The notes under the pieces were generated by a model. That model was given only the letters and a program-made list of their open reading frames with translations, ran no database searches and was not told where the DNA came from. From an uncultured Dehalococcoidia bacterium (lineage in GTDB: Bacteria; Chloroflexota; Dehalococcoidia; Bin125), in NCBI GenBank assembly GCA_964347635.1, contig CAYFZI010000005.1, forward strand, positions 4,613-68,612: DNA of 64,000 nt. Reading direction: 5' to 3'. Of the stretch, positions 53,293 to 64,000 are shown one piece after another. Positions within the stretch are counted from its first letter, which is position 1. Each line of letters starts with the position of its first letter. Both the position numbers and the translations under genes were made by a program.

Positions 53293-54203
53293 GTGCGGCC
53301 GGCTCCGCATCCGCCGGCGGGCTCGCGCTCGCCTCCGCGCGCCGCCGCTGGCTGCCCCGCCGCCTGCCGCGCGGCTGGCCGCTGCTCACGCTCTATCTGC
53401 TCGTGATCGGCCTGTTCATCGTTGCCGGCCTCTTCGCCGACCTGATCGCGCCGCACGACCCGACCGATCAGAGCCTGGTCAACCGCCTCGCCGACCCCGT
53501 CTGGCAGGCCGAGGGCAGTTGGACCCACGTGTTCGGTACCGACGGCCTAGGCCGCGACACGTTCAGCCGCCTGATTAAGGGCAGCCAAACCTCGCTGCTC
53601 GTGATTGCGACCGCGATTCCCGGTTCGCTCCTGCTGGGCACCGCGATCGGCCTGCTGGCGGGCTGGCGGCGGGGCGCGTTCGATTCGCTCTCGATGCGGC
53701 TCGTGGAAGTCCAGTTGGCGTTTCCCGCGCTGCTCTTCGCGCTGCTGATCGCCGCCATGCTCGGGCCGTCGCTGCGCAACGTCATCGTGATCCTGATCGT
53801 CTTCCTCTGGGCGCCCTACGCGCGGCTCGTGCGCGCCGAAGTGCTGAGCCTGCGCGAACGCGAGTTCATCGTCGCCGCGCGCACAATCGGCGCGTCCGAT
53901 TTCCGCCTCATGACCCGCCACCTGCTGCCGAGCGTTGTCAACTCCGTCGTGATCCTCGCCACGCTGAACGTCTCCACCGTGATCATCGCCGAAGCCTCGC
54001 TCAGCTTCCTCGGCGCCGGCGTCGGCCCCGAGACGATCTCCTGGGGCAAAATGGTCGCCGAAGGCCGCGACCTGCTCAAAATCCGCTTCTGGCTGACCGG
54101 TGTGCCCGGCATCACGATCATGATCGTCGCCCTGGTCGGCAACCTGCTCGGCGACTGGCTGCGCGACGCCCTCGATCCACAGTTGCGCCGCCGCGCGCGC
54201 TAA
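53289..54203 (+). CDS. ABC transporter permease (DppC type)
   Basis: APHDP, FGTDGLGRD, EFIVAARTIGA, EASLSFLG.G, SWG.M, GDWLRDALDP. Confidence 0.93.
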   Translation: MSAAGSASAGGLALASARRRWLPRRLPRGWPLLTLYLLVIGLFIVAGLFADLIAPHDPTDQSLVNRLADPVWQAEGSWTHVFGTDGLGRDTFSRLIKGSQTSLLVIATAIPGSLLLGTAIGLLAGWRRGAFDSLSMRLVEVQLAFPALLFALLIAAMLGPSLRNVIVILIVFLWAPYARLVRAEVLSLREREFIVAARTIGASDFRLMTRHLLPSVVNSVVILATLNVSTVIIAEASLSFLGAGVGPETISWGKMVAEGRDLLKIRFWLTGVPGITIMIVALVGNLLGDWLRDALDPQLRRRAR

Positions 54204-54296
54204 CAGCGGCTTGGCGCTCCAGCCGCTGTGCGGGAGGAGGCTGCGTTTGGACTACAGGCGTGTGCTCCGTGTGCTCAAACGCGTATTCTCCGCTCG

Positions 54297-56698
54297 ATGA
54301 AGCCGCTAGAGCAGCTGCGTGTGCTCGAACTGGCCGACCCGCGCACCGCGCTCGGCGGGCGCCTGCTCGCCGACCTCGGGGCGGATGTGTACCTGATCGA
54401 GCCGCCCGGCGGCGCCGAGATCCGCGCAATGGCGCCGTTCCTCGATGATCTGCCTGGGCCCGAGCGCTCCTTTCAGCACCTCTACTTCAACGCCAACAAG
54501 CAGTCGCTGGTGGTCGATATCGACACGGCCGCGGGCGCCGAACAGCTGCGCTCGCTGGCCGCGGACGCCGACCTGCTGATCGAGTCTCGGCAGCCCGGCG
54601 GGCCGGCCGAGCGGGGGCTCGCCGCCGCCGACCTGCACGCGCTCAATCCGCACCTGATCATCATCTCCGCCTCGCCCTACGGGCAGCGCGGGCCGAAGCG
54701 CAGCTGGCGCGCGACCGACCTCACCACGCAGGCGGCCGCCGGCTTCCTGCAGATCAGCGGCGACCGCGGCGACCCGCCGGCGCGCGGGCCGGCGCACACC
54801 GCGCACATCATGACCGGCTTGACGATCGCCAGCGCAGCGATGATCGCCCTGCACGGCCGCGATCAATCGCCGGCCCGGCCGGGCTGCCAGATCGATATCT
54901 CGATGCAGGAAGCGACCGCCTTTCAGCTGGTGCAGACCTCGAATCCCAACGTCTGGCTGTGGCGCGGACAGATTCCGCACCGCCCGGCGCTCAGCCAGGC
55001 CTTCCGCTGCCGCGACGGCAAGTGGCTGGCCTGCAACATCAACGCGCTCAACCTGGCCAGCTTCCTGGAGCTGCTCGACGCCGCCGGGATCGAGCACGGC
55101 TACACGCCCGACGACTGGATGGTGCTGCACGAGGGCAACCGCGCCGCCTGGCAGTACCTCGAGAACCCGTTCCAGTTCCTCGCCGGAGACTTGGCCGAGC
55201 GCATGGACCGCGACGACATGCTGCGCGCGCTGCAGGCCGGCAACCACCCGGCCATGCCGACGCTGAGCTTCGATCAGTTCGCGGAATCCGAGCACTATCA
55301 GGCCGCCGGCCAGTTCCGCAGCATCGATGCGCCCGCGCTGGGCGCGGGCCTCAGCTTCAGCCGCAGCCCGCTCGATCCGGTCCAGCCGCCGCTGCCGATC
55401 GCGGCAGCGCCGCAGCTCGGCTCGGGGCAAACCCCGCCCCCGCGCGGCGACCGCAGGCCGCCTCCCGCGCGGCCCGAGCCGCTCTCGCTGCAGCCGCTCG
55501 CGGGCATCCGTGTGGTCGATATGTGCTGGGTCGCCGCCGGGCCGCTCGGCGCGCGCATCCTGGCCAACTTCGGCGCCGAAGTGATCAAAGTCGAATCGAT
55601 GGCGCGGATCGACCCCCTGCGCAACCAACCGGTGACCGGCGACCGCTTTCACCCCGATCTGCCCGACCTCTTCAACGACTGCAACACGCACAAAAATCGG
55701 TCACGCTCGATCTGTCCGACGAGCGCGGCCGCGCGCTCTTCCGCCGCCTCGCCGCAACTGCCGATCTGATCGTTAACAACTACAGCGCCGGCACGATGGA
55801 GCGGATGGGCCTGAGCTACGAGCAGTTGAGCGCGCTCAACCCCGGCCTGATCGTGCTGCACCTGCCCGGCGTCGGCGGCGGCAGCCCCTGGCGTAAGCTG
55901 CCGACGCTCGGCAACCTGCTGATGGCCGCCTCCGGGCTGAACTTCCTGAGCGGCTTTCCGGGCCGTCCGCCGCGCGGCCCCGGCGTCGCATTCCCCGACT
56001 TCACCTCGCCGCACCTGCTCGCTGTCGCCACCCTCGCCGCCTTGCGCGCCCGCGAACGCAGCGGCCGGGGCCGCGAGATCGAACTCTCCCAACTCTCCGC
56101 CACGGTCGCCCTGCTCGGCGCCGAGTGGATGCGCTTCGCGCACAGCGGCGAGCCGCCCGAGCGCCCCGGGAACCGCGATCCCAACTACTGTCCGCACGGC
56201 GTCTACCGCAGCGGCGGCGGCGATGACGACTGGATCGCCCTCGCCGTCCGCGGCGACGGCGAGTGGGCCGCCTGCGCCGCAGCGATCGAGCGGCCCGACC
56301 TGATCGAAGACGCCCGCTTCGCCAGCCATGCGGCGCGCAAAGCGCATGAGGACGAGCTCGACGCGATCGTCGGCGCCTGGGCCGCTCGGCTCGGCAAGTG
56401 GGAGGCCGCCGCGCGGCTGCAGGCGGCCGGGATCGCCGCCAACGCCGTGGAGGACCTGCGCGACATGATCGAGGTCGATGAGCATTTCCGCGCCCACTAC
56501 CAGCACGTCCGTCAGCCCAGCGACCCTTCGCTCGACATCGCCGTCGATCGCGAAGCGGCCCGCTTCATGCACGAAGACGAGCGCATCCTGCAGCGCGCGC
56601 CGACGCTCGGCGAGCACAATGAATACGTTCTGCGCGAGATCGTCGGCCTCAGCCAGCACGAGTTCGACGAGCTGGTTGCCGCCGGCGTCATCGCCTGA
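54297..56698 (+). pseudogene. Two-domain class III CoA-transferase (CaiB/BaiF), split by a one-base frameshift near 55692-55696
   Basis: Domain 1 LRVLEL..GRLLADLGADV..IEPPGG, N.NK.S; domain 2 GIRVVDM..AGP...LA.FGAEVIKVE. The NTHK(K)SVTLDL motif is broken at CACAAAAATCGG and continues in ORF 54959..56698. Confidence 0.82.
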
Positions 56699-56764
56699 GC
56701 TGACCGCGTTACCCTGCACGAGCGTGCACCGCAGCACGCTCGCTTGCCGAGTCGAACGGCACGC

Positions 56765-56800
56765 CCAACAGCATGGCCAACAATATGGCCAACAATATGG
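56765..56800 (+). repeat. 3 x 12-bp tandem repeat CCAACA(AT/GC)ATGG upstream of the LLM gene
   Basis: CCAACAGCATGG CCAACAATATGG CCAACAATATGG read directly. Confidence 0.8.
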
Positions 56801-56818
56801 TCAGAAATGGAGTTTGAT

Positions 56819-58060
56819 ATGTCCTGGCGGCCGAAGCGCATGAAATTCGGCATCTTTCTCGCTCCCTTCCACCGCGTCGGCGAACATCCCACGCTCGCGC
56901 TCAAGCGCGATATGGAGCTGATCGAAACGCTCGATCGGCTCGGCTACGACGAAGCCTGGATCGGCGAGCACCACTCGTTCGGCCGCGAGCTGATCTCCAA
57001 TCCGATGATCTTCATCGCCGCCGCCGCCGAGCGCACCCACCACATCAGGCTCGGCACCGGCGTCGTCTCGCTGCCCTACCACAACCCGCTGATGGTCGCC
57101 GACGACCTGCTCCAGCTCGACCACATGACGCGCGGCCGCGTAATGCTCGGCGTGGGCCCCGGCGCGCTGACCTCCGACGCCGTGCAGATGGGCATCCCGC
57201 CGGAGACGCAGCGCCGCCGCATGGCCGAGTCGCTCGACGCGATCATGCAGCTGGCGCGCAGCGATGCGCCGGTCACGATGGAGACCGACTGGTTCTCGCT
57301 GACCGAGGCGCGGCTGCAGATGGCCTGGTACTCCGATCCGCACCCCGAGGTGGCCTGCGCGGTGATCCTCACGCCGGCTGGCCCGCAGCTAGCCGGCCGG
57401 CACGGCGCCAGCCTGCTCTCGCTGGGCGGCGCCGATTCGGAGGGGATGAAAAACGTCTGGGACTGGTATGAAGAATCCGCCGCCGAACACGGGCACCAAG
57501 TCTCGCGCTCGAACTGGCGGGCGGTGGTGGCGATCCACGTCGCCGAGACGCGCGCCCAGGCGATCGAGGATGTGCGCGCCGGCTACCTGCTTCGCACCTA
57601 CGTCGGCGATGTCCGCGATCACGGCCGCCAAGGCGGCATCGTGCTCCATCAGGCGGCCACGATTGAAGAGGCGATCGACAAGGGCCAGGTGTTCGTCGGC
57701 TCGCCCGATGATGTGGTCGAGCAGTTCGAGGCCCTGCACGACCGCTCCGGCGGCCTCGGCGGCGTGCTCTCGATGCATCACGAGTGGGCCTCGACCGAGG
57801 CCACCCACCGCAGCTACGAGCTGCTGATGCGCTACGCCGCGCCGCGCTTCCAAGGGCAGCTGGAGCGGGTCACCGCCTCGCGCGACTTCGTCGAGGACCG
57901 CCAGCTGGACATCTTTGGGGCCGGCAACAAAGCGATGGCCAAAGCCTTCGCCGACGCCGGGAAAGAGCTGCCCGAGGCCTTCCGCCAGGCGGCCGCGGGC
58001 GCTGCCAGCCCGAACGGCGCAACTGAGCCTGAGCCGGCCGCCGAGCCGGCCGGCGGCTAG
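56819..58060 (+). CDS. LLM-class flavin-dependent monooxygenase (limonene monooxygenase-like subgroup)
   Basis: FGIFLAPFH, GYDEAWIGEHHS, LGTGVVSLPYHNP, LDHMTRGR..LGVGPGAL.SD. Confidence 0.9.
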   Translation: MSWRPKRMKFGIFLAPFHRVGEHPTLALKRDMELIETLDRLGYDEAWIGEHHSFGRELISNPMIFIAAAAERTHHIRLGTGVVSLPYHNPLMVADDLLQLDHMTRGRVMLGVGPGALTSDAVQMGIPPETQRRRMAESLDAIMQLARSDAPVTMETDWFSLTEARLQMAWYSDPHPEVACAVILTPAGPQLAGRHGASLLSLGGADSEGMKNVWDWYEESAAEHGHQVSRSNWRAVVAIHVAETRAQAIEDVRAGYLLRTYVGDVRDHGRQGGIVLHQAATIEEAIDKGQVFVGSPDDVVEQFEALHDRSGGLGGVLSMHHEWASTEATHRSYELLMRYAAPRFQGQLERVTASRDFVEDRQLDIFGAGNKAMAKAFADAGKELPEAFRQAAAGAASPNGATEPEPAAEPAGG

Positions 58061-58069
58061 GCCGCCCCC

Positions 58070-58735
58070 GTGCAGGTCGTCGTCGCGCTCGGAGGCGATC
58101 TGCACGATTCGGCGCTGGTCCGCTCGGGGCTGCGCGGGGCCGCGCTCGTGATCGCGGCCGACAGCGGCGCTGCGCGGCTGACCGCGATCGGGATTCAGCC
58201 CCACGCCGTGATCGGCGATTTCGACTCCATCGACCCCGCCGAGCTCTGGCGCTTGCGCTCCGGCGGCGTCGAAATCGTCGAGCATCCAGCGCCCCAAGAG
58301 CGCACCGACGCCGATGTCGCGATCGAGCTCGCCGTTCAGCGCGGCGCCCGCTCGCTGATCGTGCTCGGCGCCTTCGGCGGCGCCCGCATCGACCACACGC
58401 TCGGCAACCTCAGCCTGCTCGCACACCCCGCCCTGCGCGCCATCCCCACCTGGGCCGTCGACGGCTGGAGCGCCCTCACGATCCTGCGCGGCGACGGCAT
58501 CCGTGAGATGCACTTCCACGGCCACCCCGGCGACTACGTCTCAATCATTCCCATCTCCGACCACGTCACGGGCGTCAGCGCCGTCGGCCTCAGATGGCCG
58601 CTCAGCAACGCCGCGCTGGAGCGCGGCCGCAGCCAATCGATCTCCAACGAACTGCTCCACGACCGCGCCGTGATTCAGCTCAGGGCCGGCACCGCCGCCG
58701 CCGCCCACCACTTCCGCACTCAGCGGCTGCCCTAG
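58070..58735 (+). CDS. thiN: Thiamine pyrophosphokinase
   Basis: IAADSGA, IGDFDS, TD...A, GA.GG.RIDH.LGN, GLRWPL, ISNE. Confidence 0.88.
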   Translation: MQVVVALGGDLHDSALVRSGLRGAALVIAADSGAARLTAIGIQPHAVIGDFDSIDPAELWRLRSGGVEIVEHPAPQERTDADVAIELAVQRGARSLIVLGAFGGARIDHTLGNLSLLAHPALRAIPTWAVDGWSALTILRGDGIREMHFHGHPGDYVSIIPISDHVTGVSAVGLRWPLSNAALERGRSQSISNELLHDRAVIQLRAGTAAAAHHFRTQRLP

Positions 58736-58879
58736 CCGGCGCCGCGGGCACATGCGTATTTGTGGCCTGATGCCAGAAAGAAGTACACCAACGCCGCCAG
58801 CCAATCTTACACGAGTGCGGTATGGATATGCACCAGTTCGAACGAGAACTAATAGCCAGATACGGTACTTCTTCGCGCC

Positions 58880-60097
58880 ATGAGCGGGCCGCTCTCAATG
58901 CGCCGGCTCACAGCGTTGCTCTCCATCTCGCTGCTGTTCAGCCTGTGCGTCTTCCTGACTTGCGCCTCGGCCGCCGAGACCCCCACGCATCAGCAACCCG
59001 ACGCCGCAGCCGACCGCCAGGCCGCCTTCTACCGCATCGCAGTCCTCACCGCCCAGGCTGAGGCTGCGCTGGAATTGCTCACCTTTGCGTACCACTGCGC
59101 TGGAGACGGCAGCGCCGCGTTGTCGGAGCGGTATGACATACAATTCGAAGCCTACGCCCGCAGCGAAGCGCTGCTCGCCGTGCGCCGGATGTGGCCCCAC
59201 ATCCTCGCATTCTCACCAGCACTGCCGCAGTACTACTGGCCGCTGCGTTTCCAGCTTGGCCGAATCGCCCGCGCGCACGGCGAGCTCGTCTGCGGCTCGA
59301 AGATCCGACACGCCCGCAACCGCTGGTGGTACGCGCTTCGGGGAACCCCGTCGGGCGCTGATTCGCCAGACGCCCAGGTTCGCCGGAAGGACCGGCTCGA
59401 TCACCTCAACCGTCTCGCCTCGCTCAGCCGCATCCGCCTCGCCTTGGCCGCCAGCTACCGCCTCACCTGCCACAGCATCTCCATGGCGAATGCCCCGCTG
59501 ACCTGGTACCCCTCCGGACTGATAGTGCTGGAGCACGCGATTCGCAGCACCTTCGCTGCCATCCGCAGCGCCCCGGCCCCGCCGCCCCAACCGCCTGGAG
59601 CGCTGCACCTCTGGCGTGGCGTGGGCCGCGCCATATACGATTGGCGCGTCGGCATTGACGAGTACTACGCGGACGGCCGGCGCCGGGACATATGCGGCAG
59701 CGTCCTCCGGAACATCGCCCCGGGCTCCTACTACAGCTGGCTCTACGACTTCGCCGGCGCCGCCGATGCCGGGTCAGCAGATCTTCTGCTGCAATGGACG
59801 CAGCTTGAACTCGCGCTCGGGATCGCTTGCCGTACCGACGACGCCGACATCCTGGCCCTCGCCGCCGCTGCCGTCTCCAGCGCGCTGACCGCCCGTGGGG
59901 ACGGCGTCGAGGCTGACCGCGGCCTCGAACGCCGCCGCGATGAGATCGCCCAACTTGTCGAAGCCTGGCTGCCCACTCGCGCCGAACTCGCGGACGGCGA
60001 GTTCGGCGAACTTCCCTGCCCGCATGATGCGCGCGCCGCGGTGTCATCGCTGCTCGACGCCGCCGCCCGCAGCCTGCCCGCTTTCACAGCTGAGTAA
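58880..60097 (+). CDS. Hypothetical secreted protein
   Basis: MRRLTALLSISLLFSLCVFLTCASAA signal-like N-terminus; 405 aa, several Cys, no recognised domain. Confidence 0.6.
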   Translation: MSGPLSMRRLTALLSISLLFSLCVFLTCASAAETPTHQQPDAAADRQAAFYRIAVLTAQAEAALELLTFAYHCAGDGSAALSERYDIQFEAYARSEALLAVRRMWPHILAFSPALPQYYWPLRFQLGRIARAHGELVCGSKIRHARNRWWYALRGTPSGADSPDAQVRRKDRLDHLNRLASLSRIRLALAASYRLTCHSISMANAPLTWYPSGLIVLEHAIRSTFAAIRSAPAPPPQPPGALHLWRGVGRAIYDWRVGIDEYYADGRRRDICGSVLRNIAPGSYYSWLYDFAGAADAGSADLLLQWTQLELALGIACRTDDADILALAAAAVSSALTARGDGVEADRGLERRRDEIAQLVEAWLPTRAELADGEFGELPCPHDARAAVSSLLDAAARSLPAFTAE

Positions 60098-60100
60098 CCG

Positions 60101-61402
60101 CTACGGACTGAACACATCCCGCACCCCCTGCCGCGAGGATGCCGCCGCGAACGAGAAGATGCCCCGCGCCATCGATGATTCCTGCTCCACAGCGCGGGCC
60201 TCGTAGATCTCCGCGCGCAGCGCGTGCACTTCGGGGCTTGGCGCGGCGGCCGCGGCGTGCTCGATCAGGTGGCAGGCCAGCTGCAGGTTGCCGTGATCGA
60301 GGTGCGCCCGCGCCCGCTCCAGGACCGGCCGCAGCCCGCCCGCCAGCGTGATCCACTCCGCCGCCTCCGCCGCACGCGGCGCCGGCAGCAGCCGGTCCGG
60401 CTCGCCCTCATACCAACCGCCGTAGAAGCGCCACACGTTCCGCACGATGAATTCTGGATGGTCGTAGGCCGAGCGCAGATACGGCTTCTCCAAGAGCCGC
60501 TTCGGCAGCTCGATTTCGTGCAGCACCCGGTCCAGCGCTGCGCCCTCGTTCATCAACGCCAGCGTGCTCGATTCGATCGCGTCGAGTAGGTCTGCCGTGT
60601 CGGTCAGCGCCTCGCGGATCCGCTCCGCGCCGAAGATCGGAAAGCCGTGGCCGGGCAGCATCGTCTCCGCGCCCAGCGCGGCCATCTGGCGCAGCCCCGC
60701 CGCCCACTCCGCACACCAGCGCTGCACCTTCTGCGGATTGCCCGCATTGGGCACCGCCCAGATAAACAGGTCGCCGGGGCAGAGCAGCTTCCGTTCCGGC
60801 ACCCACGTCCAGACCGCGTCCTCCGTCTCCCCGCGCGTATGCGTCAGCTCGAATGTGCAGCCGCCGCGCTGAAAGGTGAGCCGATCCTCAAACGACACAT
60901 CCGGATAGCGGAATTCATCCGGCCAGCGCAGCCACGCTTGCGCCTCCATCCCGGGGCGCATGAACTGCCGCGAGTTGATCGCCGTGTTGTAGCCCACCGT
61001 GCGCTTGTAGCGGTCGAGATGCGCCCCGATCTGGCGCTGCCCGTAGACCGTTGGGCGCGGCTGGCCTTGCTCCGCCGCCTCGGCGTCGAAGCGGTTCACG
61101 CCGAAGATATGGTCGACGTGGTGGTGCGAGAAGACCGCCGCCGCCAGCGGCGCCGCGGGCCGCCAGGCGCGCACGCTCTTGTAGACCAGCTCTGCATCCT
61201 GCTGTGTGCCCGTGTCGAGCATCACCAGCCCGTCGCCGCTGTCCAGCGTGTTGATGCTCGCCGCCGACTTCAGGTACAGCAGGCCATCGCCAAGCTCCTC
61301 CGGCGCGCGGTTGTTCCAGACCGCCGTGACCGGATGGGCGGTTCGAATCGTGTCGATCTCACCGTTCCAGAGCTGGTCGCAGAAGTCGCGGATGTCGGGC
61401 AT
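60101..61402 (-). CDS. Metallo-beta-lactamase-fold alkyl sulfatase-like hydrolase
   Basis: SHHHVDH, GETED..W.W, GDLFIW..PNAGNPQK, LPGHG, Y.GWY dimerisation region. Confidence 0.88.
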   Translation of the reverse strand: MPDIRDFCDQLWNGEIDTIRTAHPVTAVWNNRAPEELGDGLLYLKSAASINTLDSGDGLVMLDTGTQQDAELVYKSVRAWRPAAPLAAAVFSHHHVDHIFGVNRFDAEAAEQGQPRPTVYGQRQIGAHLDRYKRTVGYNTAINSRQFMRPGMEAQAWLRWPDEFRYPDVSFEDRLTFQRGGCTFELTHTRGETEDAVWTWVPERKLLCPGDLFIWAVPNAGNPQKVQRWCAEWAAGLRQMAALGAETMLPGHGFPIFGAERIREALTDTADLLDAIESSTLALMNEGAALDRVLHEIELPKRLLEKPYLRSAYDHPEFIVRNVWRFYGGWYEGEPDRLLPAPRAAEAAEWITLAGGLRPVLERARAHLDHGNLQLACHLIEHAAAAAPSPEVHALRAEIYEARAVEQESSMARGIFSFAAASSRQGVRDVFSP

Positions 61403-61484
61403 GGCTGGCTCTCCCGCTGGCGCTGCGCGGCTGCGCTGAGCATAGTCCGCGTTATGCTGCGCTGAGCTGGGGAGGAGCGAACCG

Positions 61485-61793
61485 ATGCCGGCTTACGACT
61501 ACCGCTGCGCGGAATGCAGCGACATCTTCGAACTGACTGCACGCATGGGGCAGGCCCCCGCCGATCCGGCCTGCCCCAAGGGCGACGGAGGCGTTGGTGC
61601 GCGCGTCTTCGGCGCCGGCGTCGCGATCCACACCGGCGCCGCCAGCTCCGGCGGCGGCGACTTCGATCTCGGCGGCATGGACGACATGGGCGGAATGGGC
61701 GGCATGCCTGACATGGGCGGCATGCCCGGCATGGGCGGCCACGGCCACGATCACGGCCACAGCCACGACGACTTCGATTTCGACGACTTCTAA
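61485..61793 (+). CDS. FmdB-family zinc-ribbon protein with GGM-repeat and His-rich tail
   Basis: GGGGAGGAG RBS; MPAYDYRCAEC...FE......CPKG; tail GGMDDMGGMGGMPDMGGMPGMGGHGHDHGHSHDDFDFDDF. Confidence 0.85.
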   Translation: MPAYDYRCAECSDIFELTARMGQAPADPACPKGDGGVGARVFGAGVAIHTGAASSGGGDFDLGGMDDMGGMGGMPDMGGMPGMGGHGHDHGHSHDDFDFDDF

Positions 61794-63953
<2,160 letters not shown>

Positions 63954-64000
63954 CGAGGCCCCAACAGGCGGCGCAGCCGGCGCAGCCGTGCGGCAACACC

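Noticed and set aside
58040-58075. TPP riboswitch ahead of thiamine pyrophosphokinase
   Set aside because: The intergenic gap is 9 bp and no TPP aptamer motif is visible.
58822-59061. 79-aa ORF MDMHQFERELIARYG...
   Set aside because: Overlaps the longer signal-peptide ORF out of frame and has no recognisable motif; at most a remnant.

Overview
Very GC-rich bacterial chromosome segment (roughly 70% by eye, not computed). The gene content (expanded LLM oxidoreductases, class III CoA-transferase, DUF1800/DUF1501, Tat-lipoprotein family-5 solute-binding proteins) suggests Chloroflexota/Dehalococcoidia of the SAR202 type; this is inference only. Core features are rnd, a Cys-free rpmJ, a pyrR-pyrB-pyrC-carA-(GNAT)-carB-pyrK operon with a PyrR-binding loop over the pyrR ribosome-binding site, two tRNA-Gly genes, an RpoD-family sigma factor, the glyoxylate shunt (aceB-aceA), an M3 oligopeptidase, two peptide/nickel-type ABC operons lacking ATPases, many catabolic enzymes and a CIRCE-preceded groEL. 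The two best candidates for an undescribed system are: (1) a flavin-dependent halogenase fused to a PqqD/RRE-like winged helix and a SEC-C zinc motif, downstream of signal-less DUF1800-DUF1501-NHL genes; (2) an FmdB zinc-ribbon protein with a GroEL-like GGM plus His-rich tail, next to a SodX-like S26 peptidase and a GroEL that itself lacks a GGM tail. Also present are a DUF6941/antitoxin/RelE-like module with an in-frame TGA, a frameshifted CoA-transferase and dispersed REP-like hairpins. No CRISPR array, rRNA, integrase or transposase was recognised.
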